A stretch of DNA of 33,531 nt, from positions 1 to 33,531 of IMG/VR virus record IMGVR_UViG_3300032254_000259. The stretch is one strand, 5' to 3'. Shown here piece after piece: positions 1 to 8,334 of this stretch (position 1 is the first letter of the stretch; each line of letters opens with the position of its first letter). This stretch comes from a virus (taxonomy: Duplodnaviria > Caudoviricetes). The translations under genes were made by a program, and so were the position numbers. A model generated the notes under the pieces. It made no database searches. It saw only the letters and a list, made by a program, of their open reading frames with translations, and was not told the DNA's origin.

Positions 1-162
1 GCTAATACACTACATCGTGTAATAGATTCTGTCAAGGGCTTGATGGGGAATTTGCACAAATCTCCATTGGAAGGAGTATTGCCCTGCGTTGCTGGGGGAT
101 TACTCGCAATTATCAGACATTTGAGGGCGAGATGGACGGGTGATCAAATCAGCCTCATCAGT

Positions 163-194
163 TCGCCACCATTCGATCCGTTTGCGTAAATGAT
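163..194 (+). promoter_or_regulatory. Bipartite promoter-like motif, copy 1 (TCGCCACCA-N12-GCGTAAATGAT)
   Basis: Same boxes and spacing as copies at 6142 and 19416; lies upstream of the recombinase operon. Confidence 0.65.
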
Positions 195-252
195 GATTGA
201 CAGCCTGTACCAGCTCGGGGCTCGATACGCACTCTTCCTCACGGAACCAAAC

Positions 253-459
253 ATGCACGACCGACTCGATCCACCCATCGAGCGCGATGATCTCGCGCCG
301 ACTCAGCGGCTGATGGCCATCGCATCCATACTGGCTCGCGGTATTGAGCGGCAGCGCGAAGATGCTCGCCGGCGGGGCGACCTTACGCATGATCCAGAAA
401 GATCAGAAGATGGACTTGAACTTTCCCAACCGGCTCGCCCTGATGAAGGACGCGGCTAG
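253..459 (+). CDS. Small hypothetical protein upstream of DUF2924
   Basis: ORF 190..459 with likely ATG at 253, downstream of the motif; helix RLMAIASILARGIER resembles small ORFs I associate with DUF2924-recombinase modules. Confidence 0.5.
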   Translation: MHDRLDPPIERDDLAPTQRLMAIASILARGIERQREDARRRGDLTHDPERSEDGLELSQPARPDEGRG

Positions 460-483
460 CGAGCCGCGAAACGGAGAGTTTCT

Positions 484-993
484 ATGGATGAAAACATCAC
501 CAAACTGGTCAAAGCATTGCGAGTGATGGCGGTTCCGCAGTTGAGGCAGCGGTACGCCGAGGTGTTTGGCGAGCCGACACGGACGAAATCCAAGCAGCAT
601 TTGATCAAGCGGATCGTCTGGCGTACGCAGGCGTTGCGGGAGGGCGACCTCTCGGAGCGAGCACGGCGACGGGCGATTGAGTTGGCCAACGATGCGGAGA
701 TTCGATTGACAGCACCGCGATCACGGAACCCGGTTGCAGGCACGGTTGTCACGGCGGCGTTTGATGCTGGGCGACCGGAATCGTTTCCCAAGCCGGGCTC
801 TGTGCTTCGGCGGGAGTATAAAGGGCGAGCGATCGTGGTTCGGGTATTGCCTCGCGGGTTTGAATACGACGGCGAGGTGTATCGCTCGCTGACAGCCATC
901 GCAGAGAAGGTGACCGGGGCACATTGGAACGGCGTGAGCTTCTTTGGCCTGCCGTCGTCGAAGGGTAAGAAACGATCGGGAGCCAAATCATGA
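484..993 (+). CDS. DUF2924 domain protein
   Basis: GGAG RBS; motifs LRREYKG...GFEYDGEVYRSLTAIAEKVTGAHWNGVSFFGL; ATGA overlap with recombinase. Confidence 0.88.
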   Translation: MDENITKLVKALRVMAVPQLRQRYAEVFGEPTRTKSKQHLIKRIVWRTQALREGDLSERARRRAIELANDAEIRLTAPRSRNPVAGTVVTAAFDAGRPESFPKPGSVLRREYKGRAIVVRVLPRGFEYDGEVYRSLTAIAEKVTGAHWNGVSFFGLPSSKGKKRSGAKS

Positions 994-2555
994 GCAAGCG
1001 AAACGCGATAAAGAAAACGCCATCAGTGAGATGTGCGATCTATACCCGCAAGAGTACATCGGAAGGGCTTGAGCAAGAATACAACACGCTCGATGCGCAG
1101 AGAGACAGCGGCGAGGCGTACATCGCAAGCCAGAAAGGTGAGGGATGGGTATGCATCCCCGACCGGTACGACGACGGCGGGTTCACGGGCGGGAATATGG
1201 AACGCCCGGCGCTCAAGCGGCTGATGGAGGATATCGAGGCAGGAAAGGTAGACTGCGTGATCGTCTACAAAGTGGATCGGATGAGCCGATCGTTGATGGA
1301 CTTCGCACGGATGATGGTGACCTTTGAGGAAAAGAAGGTTTCGTTTGTCTCGGTGACGCAGCAGTTCAATACGACGCAATCGATGGGGCGGTTGACGCTC
1401 AATATCCTGCTCTCGTTCGCCCAGTTCGAGCGGGAGATTATCAGCGAACGCACCCGCGATAAGATTGCCGCTGCCCGGCGGAAGGGCAAGCGGCCCAGCG
1501 GTCGATTGGTGCTCGGGTACGATGCCGACCCGGTGACCAAGAAGCTTGTGATCAATACAAAGGAGGCCAAGCTCGTCCGTGATATCTTCCGAATGTATCT
1601 TGAGAAGCGATCGCTGCTCCATGTGAGCCAAGAGCTCAATGCATGCGGTGAGCGGACAAAGTTTGTTCGGGCATCAACGGGCATGACCTACGGCGGGCGG
1701 GAATGGGACAAGGCAGCTGTTCAGAAGATTCTCAACAATCTACTTTTCCGTGGTCGTGTGCGGTACAAGGACGAGGTATACGAGGGCGAGCATGATGCGA
1801 TTGTTGATGATGATCTGTGGACAAAGGTTCACAAGGTGCTTCGTCACAACGGCTATCGGGGAGGGACGCTCGTACAAACGAAGCATGGTTCGCTGCTTGG
1901 CGGGCTGTTGAACTGTGCGCCTTGCAACTCGGTGATGGGGCATACCTCAACAAGTAAAAACAAAAAAAGGGTCTATCGGTACTATGTCTGTTATCGAGCC
2001 CAGAAGCAAGGATGGGATGCGTGCCCGTCTGGCTCATTGCCCGCGGATCAGATCGAATCGTTCGTGGTGGATCAGATCCGTCGCATCGGGAGCGATCCGG
2101 CGTTGCGATCGCTGACGCTGGCCAAGTGCCGCGAGCAGATGGAATCACAACGGCTGGCCGCCGAAAATGAACTGAGCGGCGTAGAGCGCGACCTGGCCCG
2201 TCTGGGCCGCGAACTGTCCCAAGCGGCTGGCGACGCCGATTCAAACCCTCATGCGTCGGCTCGGCTTGCGGATATCAACGAGAAAGTGCGTGTGGCCGAG
2301 GAACAAACGGCCGCCTTACAACACCAGATTGATGAGGCCTGTGATGGTGTGATTACCAAAGAAGAAGTAGATGCCGCACTCGGCAAGTTCGATGGCGTGT
2401 GGTCAAGCTTATCGTCCAAAGAGCAGGCGAAGCTGATCCGCATGCTGATCCAACGGGTGGATTACGACGCGACGAAGGGGGATGTTTCGATTACCTTCCA
2501 TCCGCTTGGATTGAAATCAATCGGGCAGCAGGCATGCGAGGAGGTGGCCGCATGA
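990..2555 (+). CDS. Large serine recombinase (integrase)
   Basis: Catalytic YTRKS, VYKVDRMSRS, FAQFEREIISER, recombinase domain, zinc ribbon (CAPC...YYVC...C) and coiled coil. Confidence 0.96.
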   Translation: MSKRNAIKKTPSVRCAIYTRKSTSEGLEQEYNTLDAQRDSGEAYIASQKGEGWVCIPDRYDDGGFTGGNMERPALKRLMEDIEAGKVDCVIVYKVDRMSRSLMDFARMMVTFEEKKVSFVSVTQQFNTTQSMGRLTLNILLSFAQFEREIISERTRDKIAAARRKGKRPSGRLVLGYDADPVTKKLVINTKEAKLVRDIFRMYLEKRSLLHVSQELNACGERTKFVRASTGMTYGGREWDKAAVQKILNNLLFRGRVRYKDEVYEGEHDAIVDDDLWTKVHKVLRHNGYRGGTLVQTKHGSLLGGLLNCAPCNSVMGHTSTSKNKKRVYRYYVCYRAQKQGWDACPSGSLPADQIESFVVDQIRRIGSDPALRSLTLAKCREQMESQRLAAENELSGVERDLARLGRELSQAAGDADSNPHASARLADINEKVRVAEEQTAALQHQIDEACDGVITKEEVDAALGKFDGVWSSLSSKEQAKLIRMLIQRVDYDATKGDVSITFHPLGLKSIGQQACEEVAA

Positions 2556-2965
2556 GTGACGGGATCAAGCTTGACTTCAAAGTGCACTTTACAACCGGCC
2601 TTCACGGCAAACGCACCATGCATTCTGGCGAAGAGCCAGAGCCCGTTCCTGTCGCACCCGGCCGCGTTCCCCGGATTGCCCGGCTGATGGCGTTGGCGAT
2701 CCGTTTCGAGGATCTTGTTCAAAGTGGCGAGGTGGACACCTTCGCGGAACTCGCGGAACTCGGGCAGGTGACGAGCGCCCGTATGAGCCAGATCGTGAAC
2801 ATGCTCAATCTGGCTCCAGATATCCAAGAGGCGATTTTGTTCCACCCGCTTGTGTCTGGCGAGCGAGAGGCGGTATCGGAGCGGCTGGTACGGGAGATCG
2901 CTGGCGAGCCGGATTGGGCGTTGCAGCGAGGTATGTTTCAGGCCATTCATGAGAGAGCAAAATGA
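2552..2965 (+). CDS. HTH-containing recombinase-associated protein
   Basis: ATGA overlap with recombinase stop, GAGG RBS; HTH-like FAELAELGQVTSARMSQIVNMLNLAPDIQEAIL. Confidence 0.8.
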   Translation: MSDGIKLDFKVHFTTGLHGKRTMHSGEEPEPVPVAPGRVPRIARLMALAIRFEDLVQSGEVDTFAELAELGQVTSARMSQIVNMLNLAPDIQEAILFHPLVSGEREAVSERLVREIAGEPDWALQRGMFQAIHERAK

Positions 2966-3123
2966 CCTTCCGATCGGCATTTTGAGCAAAAGATTACTTC
3001 AAAGCCCGAATTCGGCGGATTTCCTGTCGGTTAGGGGCTTCGGCCCGATACTTGGGTGATATTTGGGTATGCTCTCTGAGGCCGGATGCGGTATCTACGC
3101 ACGGCCAAATAGGAGCAATATAT

Positions 3124-4320
3124 ATGCCCAGTGTCTTTCGTCCGAGATTTGCTAAGCCGACCATCCTCAAAAGTATCGAACCTGACCTTCTTATACGCCT
3201 TCTCAAGCCGTACAAAGATTGGCTTGAGACATCAGGGATTGATCTACGAAATGCGAGCAATCTTGACGAGAGCACAGTGGACAAACTCTCGATGGCATTG
3301 ATGGATGGTTCGGGTCTTCCGCCGGGGCTTCCTGAACTTCAGAACCTTATCGATGAGATGTCCAGACCAGCGCTGTTTGACCGACTGCTTGATTGTGCCA
3401 AGAGCGCAAAGCTGAGACTCCCTGGCAATGTGACAGGTGTTGATCTGGCGGTACGGTTGTATCTCAAGGCACCGCAACTACTCGAAGAAGTACGATTGGA
3501 AGTTGCATCGCTCAAGCCGAGAAAAATCTCGCGCTACATGGCCACGAGCGAAGATATTCCGGATGTTCCAGATGGCGTTGAGCGTCGTGTTGGAGTATTT
3601 GAGGCCGCATTGGCAAAGGATTTTCAGAATCGAAAACGAGGCACCGGCACCCGTGTTCATTTCTATCGAGAGCCGACGGGCTTTCGGCTCATGATTCGTC
3701 GTGGCGACACGCTTCGTAGCCAAGCTGTCATCGATGATGATGACGCGACGCGTCGTTTGATTCTTCGGCCGGAGCTTTATGATGTGGTTCGCTACGATAC
3801 GCAACATGGAGATCTGTTGGTCAATGCACGCGCGAAGGGCGATGCGCTCGCGTATTGCAGGCTCATCGGTCGGCACCTCTTTCAGAACGATTTTCTCTTC
3901 GATGCGATTGACACACCGGTTCGCTACACGCTTGAGCCAATACGGGATCAGGAACGAGTGGTTCTTTCAGCTGCCGAGTTCGCATCCATTGAGTATGTGA
4001 GCCTGTGCGTGCTGGATCTGGAGCATCCGAGCCGCGACCATGTCCGCGTTCGGCTTGGGCCTGATGATGCGTTTACAGCTCTTGAGTTGACTGGCGGGCG
4101 GATTGATCCGGCAGCAATACTCCGTCGGGCGCAGTTCAAGTTCAAGATGGTCAATGAGAAACGGGAGCGGTCCGTGATCATAATCCCGCCGATCACAGCG
4201 ATCTATGAGCATGACGATCTGGCTGATGAGATCGAGGAGTTTATTGAACAGCGTGGATTGCTTTTGCCAAGGACGGAGTCGCTCAATGCTTGCACAGAAT
4301 CGCTCTTTACGATGTCTTGA
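3124..4320 (+). CDS. Hypothetical protein (398 aa)
   Basis: AGGAG upstream of ATG 3124; long ORF with globular composition; no recognisable catalytic motif. Confidence 0.8.
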   Translation: MPSVFRPRFAKPTILKSIEPDLLIRLLKPYKDWLETSGIDLRNASNLDESTVDKLSMALMDGSGLPPGLPELQNLIDEMSRPALFDRLLDCAKSAKLRLPGNVTGVDLAVRLYLKAPQLLEEVRLEVASLKPRKISRYMATSEDIPDVPDGVERRVGVFEAALAKDFQNRKRGTGTRVHFYREPTGFRLMIRRGDTLRSQAVIDDDDATRRLILRPELYDVVRYDTQHGDLLVNARAKGDALAYCRLIGRHLFQNDFLFDAIDTPVRYTLEPIRDQERVVLSAAEFASIEYVSLCVLDLEHPSRDHVRVRLGPDDAFTALELTGGRIDPAAILRRAQFKFKMVNEKRERSVIIIPPITAIYEHDDLADEIEEFIEQRGLLLPRTESLNACTESLFTMS

Positions 4321-5257
4321 GTTGTACGCATCCGTCGGGGCGACGCTGGCCGACTGGAAACGCGAGGCGGGGGGTGGGTTTGGTGCGATTGAGCCCATTC
4401 TCATGCCGACTGGTCAGTTTGCCCGGCGATGGTCACAGCCGGGCAAGCCAGCGATGCGCATTGTAGATCATGGCAACGGGCGTGCGGTTGCAGTTTGTGA
4501 TGATGAGTTATCGCCATCGGTAGAGTTGACACACGCTGACCGGGTGTTGTATCGGCCGGATGCCAAACAACTGCGTAAGAAGCTGGGTGAGACAATTGGG
4601 CTTTCGCCAAGCAGAGTAATTGAGGCGACTTTTCCAGGGCTGATGCATATCGGTCAGTGGCGGGCCAACCCGGCGGTGCCGATTGATGTGTGGCTGTTGG
4701 TGGCAGACAGACAGGATCAACTTGTTCGTCAGATCCTTGATGGGCTGCCTTCGATTCAATCTCCGGCGATGCTATTGACGCCGACCCGCGCATACTGGCC
4801 AAGTTCGAGCATGGAATCCTTGCTGAAAGATGGGGTTCATCTGGTTCCGATCGATGATGTGCTCATTGAGGAAAACGGAACATGGGAACGGCTCCCCGCC
4901 TGGGATGAGTTCGTCGTTCATCTTGCTCCCGACGCTGGCGCTGGCAAAACAGGCGTATGTTCAGGCCAAGGTGAAGCAGATCTCAAATCACAGATGAATT
5001 TGCTCAACGAGAAGGAACGCCACATCATCATTGCGGTCGGTGAAAAGAAGATATTTGGGATTGATGTTGACGAACTACCGACCACCAATACGGTTGCTCA
5101 ATGGGCAGGGTATGAGGGGAATACATCGTTCAAGACCACGCTGAGTGGACTTGTTAAATCCGGATTCCTTGACAACGGGAGCCATCATGGACTGCGTGGG
5201 GGGTATTTCCTAGCCCCCAAAGGCAAGCAGGCTGCAGATTTGTTAGACCAGTCATGA
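4286..5257 (+). CDS. Hypothetical protein with possible C-terminal winged helix
   Basis: GGAG upstream of ATG 4286; C-terminus TNTVAQWAG...FKTTLSGLVKSGFL...GYFLAPKG looks like a wHTH. Confidence 0.7.
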   Translation: MLAQNRSLRCLELYASVGATLADWKREAGGGFGAIEPILMPTGQFARRWSQPGKPAMRIVDHGNGRAVAVCDDELSPSVELTHADRVLYRPDAKQLRKKLGETIGLSPSRVIEATFPGLMHIGQWRANPAVPIDVWLLVADRQDQLVRQILDGLPSIQSPAMLLTPTRAYWPSSSMESLLKDGVHLVPIDDVLIEENGTWERLPAWDEFVVHLAPDAGAGKTGVCSGQGEADLKSQMNLLNEKERHIIIAVGEKKIFGIDVDELPTTNTVAQWAGYEGNTSFKTTLSGLVKSGFLDNGSHHGLRGGYFLAPKGKQAADLLDQS

Positions 5258-5270
5258 CTAGTCAGGACTG
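5249..5270. promoter_or_regulatory. Imperfect 22-bp palindrome, candidate operator
   Basis: CAGTCATGACTAGTCAGGACTG, one mismatched pair; made of two tandem AGTCA(T/G)GACT 10-mers. Confidence 0.45.
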
Positions 5271-5343
5271 ATTGAGCAGCCCTTTGCTGCGAGACTTCTT
5301 CAAGTTCATCACGGAAGAGCCGTGTTGACTCAAGGAGTCCCGC

Positions 5344-5475
5344 ATGTCTACATCCACCAATACCTCCAGAGTGAGAGATCGATCACCTCCGACGGTGATC
5401 AGATTCATGAACGCTTCATGCGTTTGGTGTTCAATTCCATTGAAGCATCATTTGGCGAATCCGCCTGATATTTGA
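5344..5475 (+). CDS. Possible 43-aa small ORF (MSTSTNTSRVRDRSPPTVIRF...)
   Basis: AAGGAG at 5332-5337 before ATG; below the ORF-track size limit; no family recognised. Confidence 0.25.
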   Translation: MSTSTNTSRVRDRSPPTVIRFMNASCVWCSIPLKHHLANPPDI

Positions 5476-5616
5476 GCGATGCTGAAAACCAGAGATGACC
5501 GGCTCCGGTCGGTCTTCACAATCAGCTCCTCATAACACCCATCTCTCAATAAACCAGTAAACGCGGCCGCAACCGTCAGCGCGGTGGCTGCGCGCAGAAA
5601 CAGAAAGAACAGAAAA

Positions 5617-6138
5617 ATGAATATTGATTCAAAAACAATCGAGTTTGCCAGAAAAGTCATCGCGTCGGAGGTTCGGACGCTTCGTGTGCGGGGGGTGATC
5701 CGCCTCAGCGAGGAAGAGGACATCGCGGGGGAGTTGATGCTTCAGCTGCTCGACGCGTGGGCGGGGTTTGATCCCCGGCGCGGGCCGATTGAGGCGTTTA
5801 TTAACCAAGTGGTCAACACGCGGCTGATTTCCATCTTGCGGAAGCGGTCAGCCCAGAAACGCAGCGCCACGGTGGAGTCGATCGATGCGTCGGATGATCG
5901 AGTAGTTGACCGGGCATCGTTAGGCGATGGGGTGGGGCGATTGATCGACATCAAGGTTGATCTCAAGGTTGCGCTGTGCAATCTGACGCCCAAGCAGCGG
6001 GAGATTTGTGATTTGCTGCTTCGAGATGCGGTGACGCCGGTGGCGAGGGAACTGGGCATGCCACGGAGCACGCTGCGAGATGCGATCGTCAAAATCCGCG
6101 AGGTGTTCCACGATGCAGGGCTCGAGGAGTACCTGTGA
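5617..6138 (+). CDS. ECF-type sigma-70 family RNA polymerase sigma factor
   Basis: Region 2 (EEDIAGELMLQLL...FDPRRG...FINQVV) and region 4 HTH (LTPKQREIC...VARELGMPRSTLRD). Confidence 0.85.
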   Translation: MNIDSKTIEFARKVIASEVRTLRVRGVIRLSEEEDIAGELMLQLLDAWAGFDPRRGPIEAFINQVVNTRLISILRKRSAQKRSATVESIDASDDRVVDRASLGDGVGRLIDIKVDLKVALCNLTPKQREICDLLLRDAVTPVARELGMPRSTLRDAIVKIREVFHDAGLEEYL

Positions 6139-6141
6139 GTC

Positions 6142-6173
6142 CCGCCACTTCATTTGGCTTTGGCGTAGATGAC
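6142..6173 (+). promoter_or_regulatory. Bipartite promoter-like motif, copy 2 (CCGCCACTT-N12-GCGTAGATGAC)
   Basis: Both boxes identical to the copy at 19416; directly upstream of the replication operon. Confidence 0.75.
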
Positions 6174-6188
6174 CCAAGGAGATTACAG

Positions 6189-6533
6189 ATGAACACTGAG
6201 CACACCACCAATGGCCGAGCAGTCTATCGGCTTACATTTTCGATCCCAGTCAATATGGACGCCGTTGAGGAAACGCTGCTTCTGGCGGTGCTCGCGATCG
6301 GGTGCCTGTATGGCGAGTCGGCCATCCGTCTCGACGCGGGCTATGCGATCGACAAGGACAAGCGTGTTGTGGTGATCAATGCACACACCCGGATTGGCTG
6401 CGCCGTGGCCCGTGTCTTCGTCGGCTTCTGCATGAGCGAGTTCGGCGAGGGCACCTTTGGAGTGTCGTGGATCGCGGGTTCTGGATCGGGAATGACTCCT
6501 ACAAACGAATCCCTTGCCGAGGCAGCCTTGTGA
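6189..6533 (+). CDS. Hypothetical phage protein
   Basis: AAGGAG before ATG 6189; first gene of the replication operon. Confidence 0.75.
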   Translation: MNTEHTTNGRAVYRLTFSIPVNMDAVEETLLLAVLAIGCLYGESAIRLDAGYAIDKDKRVVVINAHTRIGCAVARVFVGFCMSEFGEGTFGVSWIAGSGSGMTPTNESLAEAAL

Positions 6534-6649
6534 ACCAAAGTAAACGAGCGCACCAGCCGTTGGTGCGTCTGGGCCAGGGTGAGTATGCCCGAGATATTTG
6601 GCCCAGCGATCACGGTCAATCCAAACGAACACAAGAAAACGGAGATCAC

Positions 6650-7504
6650 ATGAGCTTGATGCAACAGATTCAGAAGGGCCCGAACCCCAAACCTCGCCGC
6701 GTGATGCTCTATGGCACACACGGGATCGGCAAGTCCACCTTTGGGGCGATGGCCGATGCGCCGATCTTCGTGCCGACCGAGGATGGGCTAGCGGATATTG
6801 ACTGCGAGTCGTTCCCGCTCGCCCAAAGCCTTGGGCAACTAATGGCTTCGCTCGAAGCGCTCTATACCAACGATCATTGCTACAAAACGGTCGTGATCGA
6901 TAGTCTTGATTGGCTCGAACGCTTGATCTGGGCTGAGGTGTGTGCCGACAAAGGCGTTGAGTCAATCGAGGACATCGGGTACGCCAAGGGATACGCATTC
7001 GCTATCGACAAATGGCGTGCGGTGCTCGGGGCGCTCGATGCACTCCGCAGCGATCGTGATATGGGTGTGATTCTGATTGCCCATGCGAAGATCGAACGGT
7101 TCGACAACCCCGAAACCGATCCATATGACCGGTACAGCCCTCGGCTGCACAAACTGGCGAGCGGGTTGGTGCAGGAATGGTGCGACGAGATTCTGTTCGC
7201 TACTTACCGCGTGCATACCCGGAAGATCGACGAGGGCTTCAACAAGGCCAAGCACCAAGGTATCGGTACCGGTGAGCGGATCATCCGTTCGACCGAGCGC
7301 CCGGCGCATGTGGCCAAATGCCGAATCTCGCTGCCAGAGGAGTTCCCGCTCGATTACCGCGTCTTTGCATCATTAGTGCGAGGCGAGGAACTGCCTGCAC
7401 CACAGAGTGAACAAGAAACCAAGCAAGAAACCGAGCAAGAAACATCCATCGCCCAGAGCGATGAATCATCACCAACATCAACACCAGAACAAGAAGGAGT
7501 CTAA
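6650..7504 (+). CDS. AAA_24 / Sak4-like ATPase (phage recombination)
   Basis: Walker A YGTHGIGKST, Walker B TVVIDSLDWLE, ILIAH, EWCDEILF; GGAG RBS. Confidence 0.9.
   Translation: MSLMQQIQKGPNPKPRRVMLYGTHGIGKSTFGAMADAPIFVPTEDGLADIDCESFPLAQSLGQLMASLEALYTNDHCYKTVVIDSLDWLERLIWAEVCADKGVESIEDIGYAKGYAFAIDKWRAVLGALDALRSDRDMGVILIAHAKIERFDNPETDPYDRYSPRLHKLASGLVQEWCDEILFATYRVHTRKIDEGFNKAKHQGIGTGERIIRSTERPAHVAKCRISLPEEFPLDYRVFASLVRGEELPAPQSEQETKQETEQETSIAQSDESSPTSTPEQEGV
7409..7444 (+). repeat. Three imperfect 12-bp tandem repeats encoding (E/K)QET
   Basis: gaacaagaaacc aagcaagaaacc gagcaagaaaca in the acidic C-terminal tail of the ATPase. Confidence 0.75.
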
Positions 7505-7507
7505 CCC

Positions 7508-7975
7508 ATGGCCAACCTGAACGGATTCAATGCGAACGATGTCGATCCCAATGTGGCTTTCGAGCCTCTGCCCGCGGGCGATTACCTCGCGGTCATCGTG
7601 GCGACAGAGATGAAGCCGACCAAGAACGGTAGCGGCGAGTATCTCCAGCTTGAGATCGAAGTGATCGAAGGCCCGCAGAAGGGGCGCAAGGTGTGGGATC
7701 GCCTGATGCTCAAGCACACCAACTCGCAGACGGTGACCATCGCTAGAAGCACGCTTTCGGCGCTCTGCCGGGCGATCAATGTCTTGCAGCCCAGGGACAG
7801 CATCGAGCTGCACAACCTGCCGGTCGTGGTGAAGGTGGCATGCAAGAAGCGCGATGACACGGGCGAGATCGCCAATGTGGTTAAGGGGTACAAGACGAAG
7901 GGTGCATCGGCGATGGCTGGTGCAACCCCGCAGGCGGCACCTGTTGCTGGGGGGGTGCCGCCGTGGAAGCGGTGA
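7508..7975 (+). CDS. DUF669 family protein (putative phage SSB)
   Basis: FEPLPAGDY...GEYLQLEIEVIEG...GRKVWDRL, C-terminal PPWKR; follows the Sak4-like gene. Confidence 0.85.
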   Translation: MANLNGFNANDVDPNVAFEPLPAGDYLAVIVATEMKPTKNGSGEYLQLEIEVIEGPQKGRKVWDRLMLKHTNSQTVTIARSTLSALCRAINVLQPRDSIELHNLPVVVKVACKKRDDTGEIANVVKGYKTKGASAMAGATPQAAPVAGGVPPWKR

Positions 7976-8334
7976 GTCCCCGCGTGCGTTCATTCGAGTT
8001 GCCCTACCCGCCTTCGGTGAATCACTACTGGAGGCGGGTTGGTGATGCAACGATCATCAGCCGGGAGGGGCGGAGGTTTCGCAAGGAAGTATGCGATTTG
8101 CTCGCGCCTATGCAGGGCGATCGTTTTGAAGGGCGGCTGGCGGTTCGTATTCTCGCGTGTCCGCCCGATGCCCGGCGTCGTGATCTTGACAACATTATGA
8201 AGGCCCTGCTCGATGCGCTTGAGGATGGCGGGGTGTACCGCGACGACGGGCAGATCGATTGTCTGTTTGTCGAGCGTGGACCGATCACCCCCGGCGGCAA
8301 GGTCATGGTGCAGGTGAAGGAGATCGAATCATGA
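7972..8334 (+). CDS. rusA: RusA family Holliday junction resolvase
   Basis: LPYPPSVNHYW and RRRDLDNIMKALLDAL...DDGQI motifs; GTGA overlap. Confidence 0.92.
   Translation: MSPRVRSFELPYPPSVNHYWRRVGDATIISREGRRFRKEVCDLLAPMQGDRFEGRLAVRILACPPDARRRDLDNIMKALLDALEDGGVYRDDGQIDCLFVERGPITPGGKVMVQVKEIES

Noticed and set aside
1-160. Possible attL, including short palindrome TACAC-N6-GTGTA at 6-21
   Set aside because: Serine integrase sites share only a tiny core and no partner site is visible; cannot be supported
6550-6568. Hairpin CGCACCA-GCCGT-TGGTGCG as a terminator
   Set aside because: No U-tract follows; function cannot be assigned
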